Shown piece by piece: positions 9,042 through 18,215 of a stretch of 64,000 bases of DNA (position 1 is its first letter; each line of letters opens with the position of its first letter). The notes under the pieces are model-generated. The model ran no database searches. It was not told where the DNA came from and saw nothing but the letters and a program-made list of their open reading frames with translations. The translations under genes were made by a program, and so were the position numbers. The DNA lies in contig OZ220724.1 of assembly GCA_965116715.1 (NCBI GenBank), positions 156,963 through 220,962 on the forward strand. Direction: 5' to 3'. This DNA is from Acidimicrobiales bacterium (GTDB lineage Bacteria; Actinomycetota; Acidimicrobiia; Acidimicrobiales; Poriferisodalaceae).

Positions 9042-9752
9042 TCAGGTCTCCGCGAGGAGCCGTTCGACGGTTGCGTAGAGCTCCCGGTAGGTGTGCGCAC
9101 CGTCGCCCCGGCGGTCGAAGCGGATCTGGTTGTCGCCGTCGATGATGTAGACGCGGGGCCAGTAGCCGGTCGGGCCTTCTTGCCAGACATGGAAGTTGTA
9201 CTTGGTGGTGTCGAGAGCGATAGGCCAGACCACGCCCAGCTCGGCTGCGGCCTCGATGATGTTGTCCACGTCGGCTTCATAGCCGAACTCGGGGGAGTGG
9301 ACGCCCACGACCTCGACGCCTCGATCTCTGAAGTCGGCGTGGAGCCGGCCCAGCGCGTCGAGCGTCTTCTTGCAGTTCCGGCAGCCGAAGGTCCAGAACT
9401 GGACGACCGTGAGGGAGTTCTGCGCTCGGATCTCCTCCAGCGAGGTTGCCTCGGTGTTGAGCCACCCGTCGAGCTTGCTGAGGGTGAACGCCGTCCCCAG
9501 TACGGGGATGGGCTCAAGTGCCTCAGTAGTCGTGGTGGTCGATGCGGCCGCAGCCGTCGTTGCTGTTGGGGACGGCACGTCCTCGACCGCCGCAGTCGTC
9601 GTGGGCGCATCGCTCGGCTCGGCTTGCGGTGCCACGGTCGGCGTGCTGGCGGTCTCAGTGACAGCCGGCTCGTCGACGGCAGTCCACACGATCAACGCGA
9701 TGCCAGCCAGCAGAACGCCAACTGCGACAGAGCGCGCAAGAGAGAACTTCAT
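9042..9752 (-). CDS. membrane-anchored TlpA/ResA-like thioredoxin-fold protein
   Basis: An N-terminal anchor and a Thr/Ala/Pro linker are followed by a redoxin domain with WTFGCRNC (CxxC). Confidence 0.8.
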   Translation of the reverse strand: MKFSLARSVAVGVLLAGIALIVWTAVDEPAVTETASTPTVAPQAEPSDAPTTTAAVEDVPSPTATTAAAASTTTTTEALEPIPVLGTAFTLSKLDGWLNTEATSLEEIRAQNSLTVVQFWTFGCRNCKKTLDALGRLHADFRDRGVEVVGVHSPEFGYEADVDNIIEAAAELGVVWPIALDTTKYNFHVWQEGPTGYWPRVYIIDGDNQIRFDRRGDGAHTYRELYATVERLLAET

Positions 9753-9787
9753 CTCAGGCGCAGCGTACGCCCCACCCGATCAGCCGC

Positions 9788-12274
9788 TTAGACGCGACTG
9801 CCGAGCGATTCGAGCGGGATGAGCTTGCGGTCGGTGGCGTTGTCGGTGGGGCGCAGCACCCGGCTGCGAACCTCGGGAGCACCGTCGGCATTCTGGTAGC
9901 CGGTGAGCCGCTGGCGGGTACGCCGTCCGAGGGGCTCGGCGAGGTCGCGGAAGTCCTGCTCGGTGAGGCCCTGGCCGTGCTGCGCGCCCGCCGCACGCGA
10001 GATGTTCTCGTCCATCAGCGTGCCGCCCAAGTCGTTGGCGCCCGCCCGGAGGATCTGCTGCGCACCCGGCGGGCCGATCTTCACCCACGACACCTGCACG
10101 TTGTCGATGAGCCCCCGGTAGGCGATCCGCGGCACAGCGTGCATCAGCAGCGTCTCGCGGAACGTCGGACCCCGGCGTGCACCCTTGCGCAGGTAGATAG
10201 GGCTGGCCATGTGCACGAACGGCAGCGGGACCCACTCGGTGAACCCGCCCGTGCGTTTCTGCAGTTCCCGGGTGGCCACGATGTGGTTGGCCCAGTTCTC
10301 CGGCTGCTCGATCGATCCGAACATGATCGTGATATTCGAGTGCAGCCCCACGGCGTGCGCCGCTTCATGGCACTCGAGCCACTCGGCAGTGTTGATCTTG
10401 TCGGGGCACAGCACCGCCCGCACCGAGTCGTCGAGAATCTCCGCGGCGGTGCCGGGCAGCGACTTCAGGCCCGCCTCCTTCAGCCGCATCAGGTAGTCCA
10501 CGAGCGATTCGCCGAGCCGCTTGGCGCCCTCGATGACCTCGAGGGCCGTGAACCCGTGCAGGTGCATGTCGGGCACGACATCGTGAATGGCCCGGCAGAC
10601 ATCGATGTAGTAATCGCCGTCGAAGCTGGGGTGGATGCCGCCTTGGAGCGTCACCTCGGTGGCGCCCAGCTCGGCAGCCTCGATCACCCGCTCTTGGATG
10701 TCGGCCAGCGTCAGCATGTAGGGCGTGCCCCGGAGGTTCAGCGACAGGGGCCCCTTGGAGAAACCGCAGAACTTGCACTTGAACGTGCAGACGTTCGTGT
10801 AGTTGATGTTGCGGTTGTGCACCCAGGTCACGATGTCGCCGACGGCTTCACGACGCAGCTCATCGGCCACTTCGCCGATGGCCACCACTTCCGGGCCGCG
10901 CGCCTCGAACAGGGTCACGATCTCGTCGTGGCCGACCTGCTGACCGGCCATGACCCCGTCGAGCACCTCTCGCACGGCCCCGCGGGCGAACGAGCGGCCG
11001 TCCATGATGTTCATGGGCAGATGACCGGCGCCGCCTGAGTACCACTGGGTGGAGTTCTCGTCAGCCACCAGCACGTCCGCGCCCGAGCCGGCGTCGAGGT
11101 TCTCCATCGTCCGCTCGGGCATCTGGCTGCCGGGGTCATCACGGCCGAGACCCTCGGCGTCGGACCGGTCCATCACCGCAAAGCGGTTGGCCTCCGCCAG
11201 CCAGCGCTGCGGGTCCAGTGCGTACTCCGGGTAGATCGTGAGCCTCGGGGCCAGCGTGAAGTCCCGTGCCTCGGTGACCTCGCGCAGGCGGTCCAGTGCC
11301 GGCCACGGGCGCTCGGGATTCACGTGGTCGGCGGTGATCGGCGAGACGCCGCCCCAGTCGTCGATGCCGCAGTCCAGCAGCCCGCCAAAGTCGTCAGAGA
11401 GGTTCGGCGGCGCCTGCAGGTGAATGTCCGCGGGGAGGATGAGGCGTGCCAACGCGAGGGCCTGCGCGTACTCGTCGGGCGGGCATGCGGGCATGTTGTG
11501 CATGGACGTGCCCGCCTTGGGCAGGAAGTTCTGCACGATGACTTCCTGGATATGGCCCCAGCGGGCGTGGCTGGCAGCGATGGCCTCCAGCGCCGCCAGC
11601 CGGTCGGCCAGCGATTCGCCGATGCCGACGAGAATCCCCGTCGTGTACGGGATGGCCAGCTCGCCGGCGGCGTCGAGCGTGGCAAGCCGTCGAGCCGGCT
11701 CCTTGTCCGGCGATCCCCGGTGGCAGTCCAGGTGGGGGTTCAGCGACTCCAGCATCATCCCCTGGCTGGGCGACACCTCGCGCAGCGCCGCCAGCTCGTC
11801 GGCGGTCATGGCACCCGGGTTGGCGTGCGGGAGCAGGCCGGTCTCGTCGCGCACGAGGCGGCACATCTCGACCAGGTAGTGGACCGTGGAGTCCCAGCCA
11901 TGGGTGCGCAGCCAGTCGGCCGCCGCGGGGTAGCGCAGCTCGGGACGCTCGCCGAGGGTGAACAGCGCCTCGTGGCAGCCCGCCCGCGCACCGCTGGCCG
12001 CGATGTCCAGCACCTGTTCTGGCGTGAGATACGGCGAGTCGAGCCGTGCCGGAGGCTGAGCGAACGTGCAGTAGCCGCACTTGTCGCGGCACAGCATGGT
12101 GAGCGGGATGAACACCTTCGGGCTGTAGGTCACCCGGGTGCCGAACATCCGGTCGCGCACGTCGGCCGCACGCTCGGCCAGCTCAGCAAGCGGCAGTGCT
12201 GCCCGAGCCAGCGACGCCGGCGTGGGCTGCGGTGCCTCGCCGGCGACGCTGTGCGGTTGGTCGAGAATGGTCAC
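9788..12274 (-). CDS. fbiC: bifunctional FO synthase (CofG plus CofH domains) for F420 biosynthesis
   Basis: Two radical-SAM cores are present (CRDKCGYCTF and CTFKCKFCGF). GTG 12274 is preceded by GGAGG. The N-terminal extension in the track ORF is rejected. Confidence 0.9.
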   Translation of the reverse strand: MTILDQPHSVAGEAPQPTPASLARAALPLAELAERAADVRDRMFGTRVTYSPKVFIPLTMLCRDKCGYCTFAQPPARLDSPYLTPEQVLDIAASGARAGCHEALFTLGERPELRYPAAADWLRTHGWDSTVHYLVEMCRLVRDETGLLPHANPGAMTADELAALREVSPSQGMMLESLNPHLDCHRGSPDKEPARRLATLDAAGELAIPYTTGILVGIGESLADRLAALEAIAASHARWGHIQEVIVQNFLPKAGTSMHNMPACPPDEYAQALALARLILPADIHLQAPPNLSDDFGGLLDCGIDDWGGVSPITADHVNPERPWPALDRLREVTEARDFTLAPRLTIYPEYALDPQRWLAEANRFAVMDRSDAEGLGRDDPGSQMPERTMENLDAGSGADVLVADENSTQWYSGGAGHLPMNIMDGRSFARGAVREVLDGVMAGQQVGHDEIVTLFEARGPEVVAIGEVADELRREAVGDIVTWVHNRNINYTNVCTFKCKFCGFSKGPLSLNLRGTPYMLTLADIQERVIEAAELGATEVTLQGGIHPSFDGDYYIDVCRAIHDVVPDMHLHGFTALEVIEGAKRLGESLVDYLMRLKEAGLKSLPGTAAEILDDSVRAVLCPDKINTAEWLECHEAAHAVGLHSNITIMFGSIEQPENWANHIVATRELQKRTGGFTEWVPLPFVHMASPIYLRKGARRGPTFRETLLMHAVPRIAYRGLIDNVQVSWVKIGPPGAQQILRAGANDLGGTLMDENISRAAGAQHGQGLTEQDFRDLAEPLGRRTRQRLTGYQNADGAPEVRSRVLRPTDNATDRKLIPLESLGSRV

Positions 12275-12759
12275 AGGACCCCTCCGTTCGTGGAGTGAAT
12301 GCTCATATCGCCGGCGTCCGAATCGCCGGAACGGCTGCGGATGCGCGTGGGGCTGACGGGTTCGTCGCAGTCGGGGCATCGGGTGGCGATCTCGAGCGGC
12401 GTGCCGCAGTCGGCATGCACCAGGACGGTCGGCGCTTCGCCGTCGTGGCACCAGCGGTCACCCCAGGCCATGAGCGCGAGCAGGCTGTTGGACAGGTCGA
12501 GGCCCTTGGGAGTCAAGACGTAGTCGTAACGGACGGGCCGATGCTGGTACGGCACCTTGGCCACCACGCCGGCGTCGGTGAGGCGGCTGAGGCGGTCGGC
12601 CAGCATGTTGCGGGCGATGCCCAGGTCGTGCTGCATGCCGCTGAACCGGCGCACGCCGCGGAACAGGTCACGCAGGATGAGCAGCGTCCAGCGATCGCCC
12701 ACGATGTCGAGGGTTGCCTGGATGGAACAGCTGGGCTGGCCCGTCGTGGCGGTCTTCAC
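12271..12759 (-). CDS. HxlR-family winged-helix transcriptional regulator
   Basis: IVGDRWTLLILRDLFRGVRRFSGMQHDLGIARNMLADRLSRL is the HxlR signature. Its stop overlaps the fbiC GTG by 4 nt. Confidence 0.85.
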   Translation of the reverse strand: MKTATTGQPSCSIQATLDIVGDRWTLLILRDLFRGVRRFSGMQHDLGIARNMLADRLSRLTDAGVVAKVPYQHRPVRYDYVLTPKGLDLSNSLLALMAWGDRWCHDGEAPTVLVHADCGTPLEIATRCPDCDEPVSPTRIRSRSGDSDAGDMSIHSTNGGVL

Positions 12760-12776
12760 GGCCGCGCACCCTAGAG

Positions 12777-12803
12777 GAGTCAGTTTCGGTTTGCAACTGA
12801 CTC
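12777..12803. promoter_or_regulatory. perfect 9-bp inverted repeat between the tal stop and the hxlR start (terminator and/or operator)
   Basis: GAGTCAGTT-tcggtttgc-AACTGACTC. Two more GAGTCAG-like copies lie at 12813 and 12826. Confidence 0.4.
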
Positions 12804-12815
12804 GACCGGCCAGAG

Positions 12816-13949
12816 TCAGACCAGCGAGTCAGCCTTCGTCTGCAGCGACACCAGCAACTCGTCGAAGCTCTTGGTGAAGGCTGCGACTCCCTGCGCCTCG
12901 AGTGTGTCTGCGACAGCGTCGAGATCGATGCCGTGCGCCGTGACGGCATCGAGCACGTAATTCGCTGCGGCTTGGTCGGCATCGACCGTGCGCCGCAGCT
13001 TGCCGTGGTCGCAGAAGGCCTCGAGTGTCGCGTCGGGCATCGTGTTCACCGTGTGCGGGCCGATGAGCTCGTCGACATACAGCGTGTCGGGATAGGCGGG
13101 GTTCTTGGTGCTCGTCGACGCCCACAGCGGACGCTGGACCTGCGCGCCGAGCGCTGCGAGACGCTCCCAGCGCGGCCCGCTGAAGATCTCGCCGAAGCGA
13201 CCGTATGCGGCCTGTGCCTGGGCGACCGCCGTGCGTCCTCGCAGCCCCAGCGCGCTGGTGGTGCCCACGGCGTCGAGCAGCCGATCCACTTCGGTGTCCG
13301 TGCGGCTCACGAAGAACGAGGCCACGCTGGCAACATCGGACAGGTCGCTCACGCCGGACGCGACACGGTCCTCCAGACCCTGCAGGTACGACTCGGCAAC
13401 CTGTTCGTAGCGAGCCACGGAGAAGATCAGCGTCACGTTGATGCTGCGACCCTCGGAGATCATCTGGCGAATGGCAGCCAGGCCTTCGAGCGTCCCGGGG
13501 ATCTTCACCATCAGATTCGGCCGCGCAATGGCCTCGTGCAGTTCCCGGGCTGCCGTGGCAGTGGCTGCAGTGTCATGGGCGAGCGATGGGTCGACTTCGA
13601 CCGACACGAAGCCATCCGTGCCGCCCGATGCCGCGTACACCCCTTCGAGCGCTCGCAGGGCGCCCCGGATGTCGCTGGTGACCAGATGCCAATACGCATC
13701 GTCAACCGATACGCCGCCGCACACGAGGTCACCGAACTGCTCGTCATAGTCCGGCGACGACTCGATGGCCTTCTGGAAGATCGACGGGTTCGAAGTGAGG
13801 CCGCGGATGCCCTGTTCGACCCAGGCGTCCAGCTCGCCGCCGGTAATCCAGCCCCGGCGCAGGTTGTCGAGCCATGGACTCTGACCGCACTCGGAGTACA
13901 GCGAGGCGAGCTTGCCGTTCGTGGTCCTGCCGCTGTCGCCGTCGATCAT
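12816..13949 (-). CDS. tal: transaldolase
   Basis: The motifs QSPWLDNLRR...GLTSNPSIFQKA and VKIPGT are transaldolase motifs. ATG 13949 is preceded by AAGAGGA. The upstream 41 codons of the track ORF are rejected. Confidence 0.9.
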   Translation of the reverse strand: MIDGDSGRTTNGKLASLYSECGQSPWLDNLRRGWITGGELDAWVEQGIRGLTSNPSIFQKAIESSPDYDEQFGDLVCGGVSVDDAYWHLVTSDIRGALRALEGVYAASGGTDGFVSVEVDPSLAHDTAATATAARELHEAIARPNLMVKIPGTLEGLAAIRQMISEGRSINVTLIFSVARYEQVAESYLQGLEDRVASGVSDLSDVASVASFFVSRTDTEVDRLLDAVGTTSALGLRGRTAVAQAQAAYGRFGEIFSGPRWERLAALGAQVQRPLWASTSTKNPAYPDTLYVDELIGPHTVNTMPDATLEAFCDHGKLRRTVDADQAAANYVLDAVTAHGIDLDAVADTLEAQGVAAFTKSFDELLVSLQTKADSLV

Positions 13950-13986
13950 GGCCGTCCTCTTCGCGATCTCGCTCCGCAGTCTCTTT

Positions 13987-15936
13987 CTAGAGCAGCTTGC
14001 GAGCTGCATCGGCGATGCTCGCGGCCGTGAAGCCGAAGTGATCCATGAGGTCACCGCCCGGTGCGCTTGCACCGAATCGATTCATGGTGACCGTGGCGTT
14101 GGCGTACCGGTCCCAGCCCATCGCTGAGGCGGCCTCCACGCCCAGAACCGGCACGCCGTCGGGGAACACGGCGGCTCGATAGTCGGGGTCTTGGGCCTCG
14201 AAGAGATCCCAACTCGGCATGGACACGACGGAACTGGCGATGCCCTCTGCGGCGAGCAGTGCGGCCGCCGCAGTGCAGCACTGCACCTCGCTGCCGGTGC
14301 CCGCCAGGATGACCGCGGGGGCCGGCGTGTCGATCAGGATGTACGCACCTCGGGCGACTTGCGCGTCGCGATCGGTGCCGTCGAGCACGGGGACGTTCTG
14401 GCGCGTCAGCACCAGCGCGGTGGGCCCGTCTCGCTCAACTGCGATCTGCCACGCCTGCGCGGTCTCGTTGGCATCGGCGGGTCTGATCACGCACAGGCCC
14501 GGGATGGCCCGCAGCGACGCGATGTGCTCGACCGGCTGATGTGTGGGGCCGTCCTCGCCGACGCCGATGGAGTCGTGCGTCCACACGAAGACGGTCTTTG
14601 CTCCGCTCAAGGCTGCCAGCCGCACCGCCGGGCGCATGTAGTCGCTGAACACCAGGAAAGTGCCGACAACGGGCAGCACGCCGCCGTGCAGCGCCATGCC
14701 GTTGGCGACGGCGCCCATGGCGTGCTCGCGGACCCCGAAATAGAGCTTGCGTCCCGCGGGGTTGGCGGCCGACAGCACTTCGGCCGTCACATTCGTGCCG
14801 GTGTTGCCGGTGAGGTCAGCCCCGCCGCTGATCAGCGCGGGCACGGCGTCCAGCGACGCGTCGAAGACGCGGTTGGCGGCGACACGGGTCGCCATCTGGG
14901 TGCCGGCCTCGAATGCCGGCAGCTCGGAGAGGCGGCCGCCCACCGCGCCAGCCGACCAGAGCGCGTCGAGCCAGGCGCGGTCGTGCCCGCTCGCAGCGAA
15001 TCGAGCCTCCCAATCGAGGCGCTCGGCGGCACCTGCCTTCCCGGCGGCTGCGTAGGCCTGCGCGACATCGTCATCCACCACGAAGGTGGCGTCGGGATCC
15101 ATGCCCATGGCCCGCTTGGCGGCAGCAATCTCGTCTGCGTCGGTGATGGCACCGTGTGCCGCCGACGTGTCGATGGCGTTGGGCATCGGGTAGCCGATGT
15201 GGGTGCGCAGGATGACCATCGACGGCCGGTCGTCGACGAGCATTGCGGAGCGCAGCGCCCCCTCGATCGCTTCGAGATCCTCGGCTGCTTCGCCGAGGTC
15301 AGCGACATGCCAGCCGTAGGCCTCAAAACGCCGGGCGGCGTCATCGCTGAGCGCCAGGTCGGTGCTGCCGTCGATGGTGATGCGGTTGTCGTCGTACACC
15401 GCGATGAGGCGGCCGAGTTGCTGGTGGCCGGCAAGGGATGCCGCTTCGTGGCTGATTCCCTCCATCAGGTCGCCGTCGCTGACGACGACGAACGTGCGGT
15501 GGTCGACGAGGTCCGCTCCCAGCCGGGCGCGCAGCCCGCGCTCGGCCAGGGCCATGCCGACGGCGTTGGCAAACCCCTGCCCGAGCGGACCGGTGGTGAC
15601 CTCTACTCCGGGGGTGAGGCCGCGCTCGGGATGGCCGGGAGTGATGGAGCCGAGCTGGCGGAAGTCGCGGATGTCGTCCAGCGTGACGCCGTAGCCCAGC
15701 AGGTGGGTCATGGCGTAGACGAGCATCGAGGCGTGGCCCGCGGACAGGATGAACCGGTCGCGGTCGGGCCAGTCGGGAGTACTGGTGTCGTAGCGCAGGA
15801 TGCGGCTGAACAGCACGTGCGCTGCGGGTGCCAGCGCCATCGCCGTGCCGGTATGGCCGCTGCTGGCTCGCATCACAGCGTCCATCGCCAATGCCCGGAT
15901 GGTATTGATCTGCCGAGCTTCGAGTGTCGTGTTCAT
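13987..15936 (-). CDS. tkt: transketolase
   Basis: It has the ThDP-binding N-terminus (SGHTGTAMALAP, GDGDLMEGISHEA) and sits immediately upstream of tal. Confidence 0.9.
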   Translation of the reverse strand: MNTTLEARQINTIRALAMDAVMRASSGHTGTAMALAPAAHVLFSRILRYDTSTPDWPDRDRFILSAGHASMLVYAMTHLLGYGVTLDDIRDFRQLGSITPGHPERGLTPGVEVTTGPLGQGFANAVGMALAERGLRARLGADLVDHRTFVVVSDGDLMEGISHEAASLAGHQQLGRLIAVYDDNRITIDGSTDLALSDDAARRFEAYGWHVADLGEAAEDLEAIEGALRSAMLVDDRPSMVILRTHIGYPMPNAIDTSAAHGAITDADEIAAAKRAMGMDPDATFVVDDDVAQAYAAAGKAGAAERLDWEARFAASGHDRAWLDALWSAGAVGGRLSELPAFEAGTQMATRVAANRVFDASLDAVPALISGGADLTGNTGTNVTAEVLSAANPAGRKLYFGVREHAMGAVANGMALHGGVLPVVGTFLVFSDYMRPAVRLAALSGAKTVFVWTHDSIGVGEDGPTHQPVEHIASLRAIPGLCVIRPADANETAQAWQIAVERDGPTALVLTRQNVPVLDGTDRDAQVARGAYILIDTPAPAVILAGTGSEVQCCTAAAALLAAEGIASSVVSMPSWDLFEAQDPDYRAAVFPDGVPVLGVEAASAMGWDRYANATVTMNRFGASAPGGDLMDHFGFTAASIADAARKLL

Positions 15937-15963
15937 GACGCCGGATTCATGAGGCTGGGTTCA

Positions 15964-17163
15964 TCATGGCGCGTCGCCGTCGGTGAACAGCGCCATTGAC
16001 GCAGTGAATCCGTGCACGTACGAGCGTGCACCGACCGGTCCGATCTCGCCGGCGCAGAACATGCCGGCCAGCTCGGCGCTGGTTCGCTCGACGATGGTCT
16101 GCGCATCGTGATGGGGCGTCTCGAACAGGTGGGTGCCACGGCCGTTGCAGGTGAACAGCAGGGCGCCTGCGGCGGACATGGCTGCCGAAGGCCGGTTCTG
16201 GAGCGCTGCGACCAAGTCCTCGTGAGCTGTGAGCGAATCTCGCACATGGAACTGCACAGTCGCTCCGATGGGGGCCTCGTCGCCGATGGCGATCGCGCCG
16301 CTCTCACGGTCGGCGCCGAGCACACCGCGGATCAGGAAGTCGCCGCGCTCGAAGTCGACCTTGCGCTCGTCGGTCACGCGGCCGACGTGCAGCCCTCGCT
16401 GCACGAGGCGCTGGTCGGCGGGGTCGAGCTTGGAGAAGGTCTGCTGCAGCCGCTCGAACGGCGGTTGGCCTCCGAGGGATCTCACCACGTTGCCCTCCGC
16501 CTCGGTGATGATGTAGGGCTGGCCGATGGGCCGGCAGCCCTGGGAGACCAGGTGGGTGACGGTCGCGCTGCCGCCCACGATCAGCGCCGCAGCGCCCGAG
16601 CGGTGCACGCCGCCGTCGACGACGATGCGGTTGCCGCCGGGCATGGGCGCTCCCGAGGACAGTCCGCCCAGCACGCTGATGCCGGGCCAGCGCTCGGCCC
16701 AGTGCGCCAGCGCCGCATCGACCGGATACGAGTAGGGATCGGCCAGCAAGATCATCGACAGGCTGCCGGCGGTGCGGACCTCGGCAATGGCAGCCTCGAG
16801 TGCCTCGTCGTCGCCAGCCGGGTCGGGCACGCCGTCCAGCAGCGTCCCTTCCAGCCTGACAGCGCGCGCTCGCGGGCCGTCGATCGCGCCCAGGCTGCCC
16901 GCCCAGAGCACGGCGGCAGTCTCTTCTTCGATCTCGCGCTCGCCAGCGGCGACCGAGCTCGCTGTCGTACCGATGAACGCACCGGGGTTGAGAAGCTCAG
17001 TCACAGCGGCCGCGATCTCGTCGGTGTTCGCCATGTGATCGCCCGAGGTGAACAGCAGCGCGACGTCGGGCTGCGCACCCAGCGACTCGAGCACGCGCCC
17101 GACGACCTCGCCGGTCGCCATGCCCGGATCGGCGTGCTGGGACAGCCCGACGGTGAACGGCAT
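15964..17163 (-). CDS. FIST-domain sensory protein (FIST_N plus FIST_C)
   Basis: The overall pattern (PDVALLFTSGDH..., LSGGAPMPGGN..., LLFTCNGRG, FCAGEIGP) matches FIST proteins. The start is set at MPFTVGLS. Confidence 0.7.
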   Translation of the reverse strand: MPFTVGLSQHADPGMATGEVVGRVLESLGAQPDVALLFTSGDHMANTDEIAAAVTELLNPGAFIGTTASSVAAGEREIEEETAAVLWAGSLGAIDGPRARAVRLEGTLLDGVPDPAGDDEALEAAIAEVRTAGSLSMILLADPYSYPVDAALAHWAERWPGISVLGGLSSGAPMPGGNRIVVDGGVHRSGAAALIVGGSATVTHLVSQGCRPIGQPYIITEAEGNVVRSLGGQPPFERLQQTFSKLDPADQRLVQRGLHVGRVTDERKVDFERGDFLIRGVLGADRESGAIAIGDEAPIGATVQFHVRDSLTAHEDLVAALQNRPSAAMSAAGALLFTCNGRGTHLFETPHHDAQTIVERTSAELAGMFCAGEIGPVGARSYVHGFTASMALFTDGDAP

Positions 17164-17177
17164 TGCTGTGTGTCCGG

Positions 17178-17633
17178 CTAACCGTTCTCGGCGGCGGGCG
17201 TGCCGGTCCAACCGCCCGCGGCCGGTGCCGTCGGCGGCGGAGCGGGATCATCTGCCGGAGGGTTCATGGTTAGCGGGACCACCACGACATCGCCCTGGTC
17301 GATGCGGCAGTGGGCCTCGATAGTCGACGGCTCGTCGAAGCCGAGCTCGGCCTGCACGAGGTTGTAGCCGAACTTGCCGGGTTCGACGCTGAGCGGTTGC
17401 ACGTTGCGCGCGACCTGCTCGTCGCCGCGCATGAATCTCACCTCGAGCGCTGCAAGTCCGGTGTGGTCTGCGGGGCAGCGCACCAGCACGAGCATGTGCG
17501 GGTTGATCGTCACAGGGAACGGCCCGGGGGCCGCCATCGAGAAGTGAACGCCGCCAAGATCGATGCGTGCAGCGCCGCCCGCGGCCTGGCGCATGTCGAA
17601 GTGCTCGATGAACAAGGCGGACATGATCTGCAC
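17178..17633 (-). CDS. hypothetical protein with a Pro/Ala-rich tail
   Basis: It has high third-position G+C, the same strand as the FIST gene and a 14-nt gap to it. No motif was recognised. Confidence 0.5.
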   Translation of the reverse strand: MQIMSALFIEHFDMRQAAGGAARIDLGGVHFSMAAPGPFPVTINPHMLVLVRCPADHTGLAALEVRFMRGDEQVARNVQPLSVEPGKFGYNLVQAELGFDEPSTIEAHCRIDQGDVVVVPLTMNPPADDPAPPPTAPAAGGWTGTPAAENG

Positions 17634-17725
17634 GCTGTGGATCGTAGGCGTGCGGGATGCCCGTCAGGCGAACGCATTTCAGCGAGCCGGTCAAACCCGG
17701 CGCTCGGCCTCGTAGATTGCCCGCC

Positions 17726-18184
17726 ATGGCACAGAGCGAGAAGTTCGATGGCGAATACGGACCGAGCACGTGGGGCTGGGTACGGGAGCAGGCGGACGCG
17801 TATGAGGCGTCGAACGGCAGCGACGCCAACACGCTGCGTGACACCGGGCTGCCGATCATCGTGATGACCACCGTCGGGCACCGCACCGGCTTGGTGCGCA
17901 AGGTTCCGCTGATGCGCGTGGAGCACGAGGGCGAGTACGCAATCGTCGGCTCCAAGGGTGGGGCACCGGCGCATCCGGGCTGGTACCACAACCTCATGGC
18001 AGACCCGACCGTGCTCATCCAGGACGGGCCCGAGCCGTTCGAGACCACGGTGCGCCTCATCTCCGGCGCTGAGCGTGACGAGTGGTGGGAGCGGTGTGTC
18101 GCCGCGTTCCCGCCCTATGCCGAGTACCAGGCCAAAACCGACCGCGAGATCCCCGTTTTCATCTCCGCGCGGCCGGGGTCCTAG
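17726..18184 (+). CDS. deazaflavin (F420)-dependent nitroreductase-family protein (Ddn-like)
   Basis: GHRTGLVRKVPLMRVEH...GGAPAHPGWYHNL...ERDEWWERCVAAFPPYAEYQAKTDREIPVF is the characteristic family signature. Confidence 0.8.
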   Translation: MAQSEKFDGEYGPSTWGWVREQADAYEASNGSDANTLRDTGLPIIVMTTVGHRTGLVRKVPLMRVEHEGEYAIVGSKGGAPAHPGWYHNLMADPTVLIQDGPEPFETTVRLISGAERDEWWERCVAAFPPYAEYQAKTDREIPVFISARPGS

Positions 18185-18215
18185 CAGCTACAAGCTGCAG
18201 CCCGCCAGGCCCGTC

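Noticed and set aside
14191-15999. A 602-aa plus-strand ORF.
   Set aside because: It is antisense to transketolase and is a shadow ORF.
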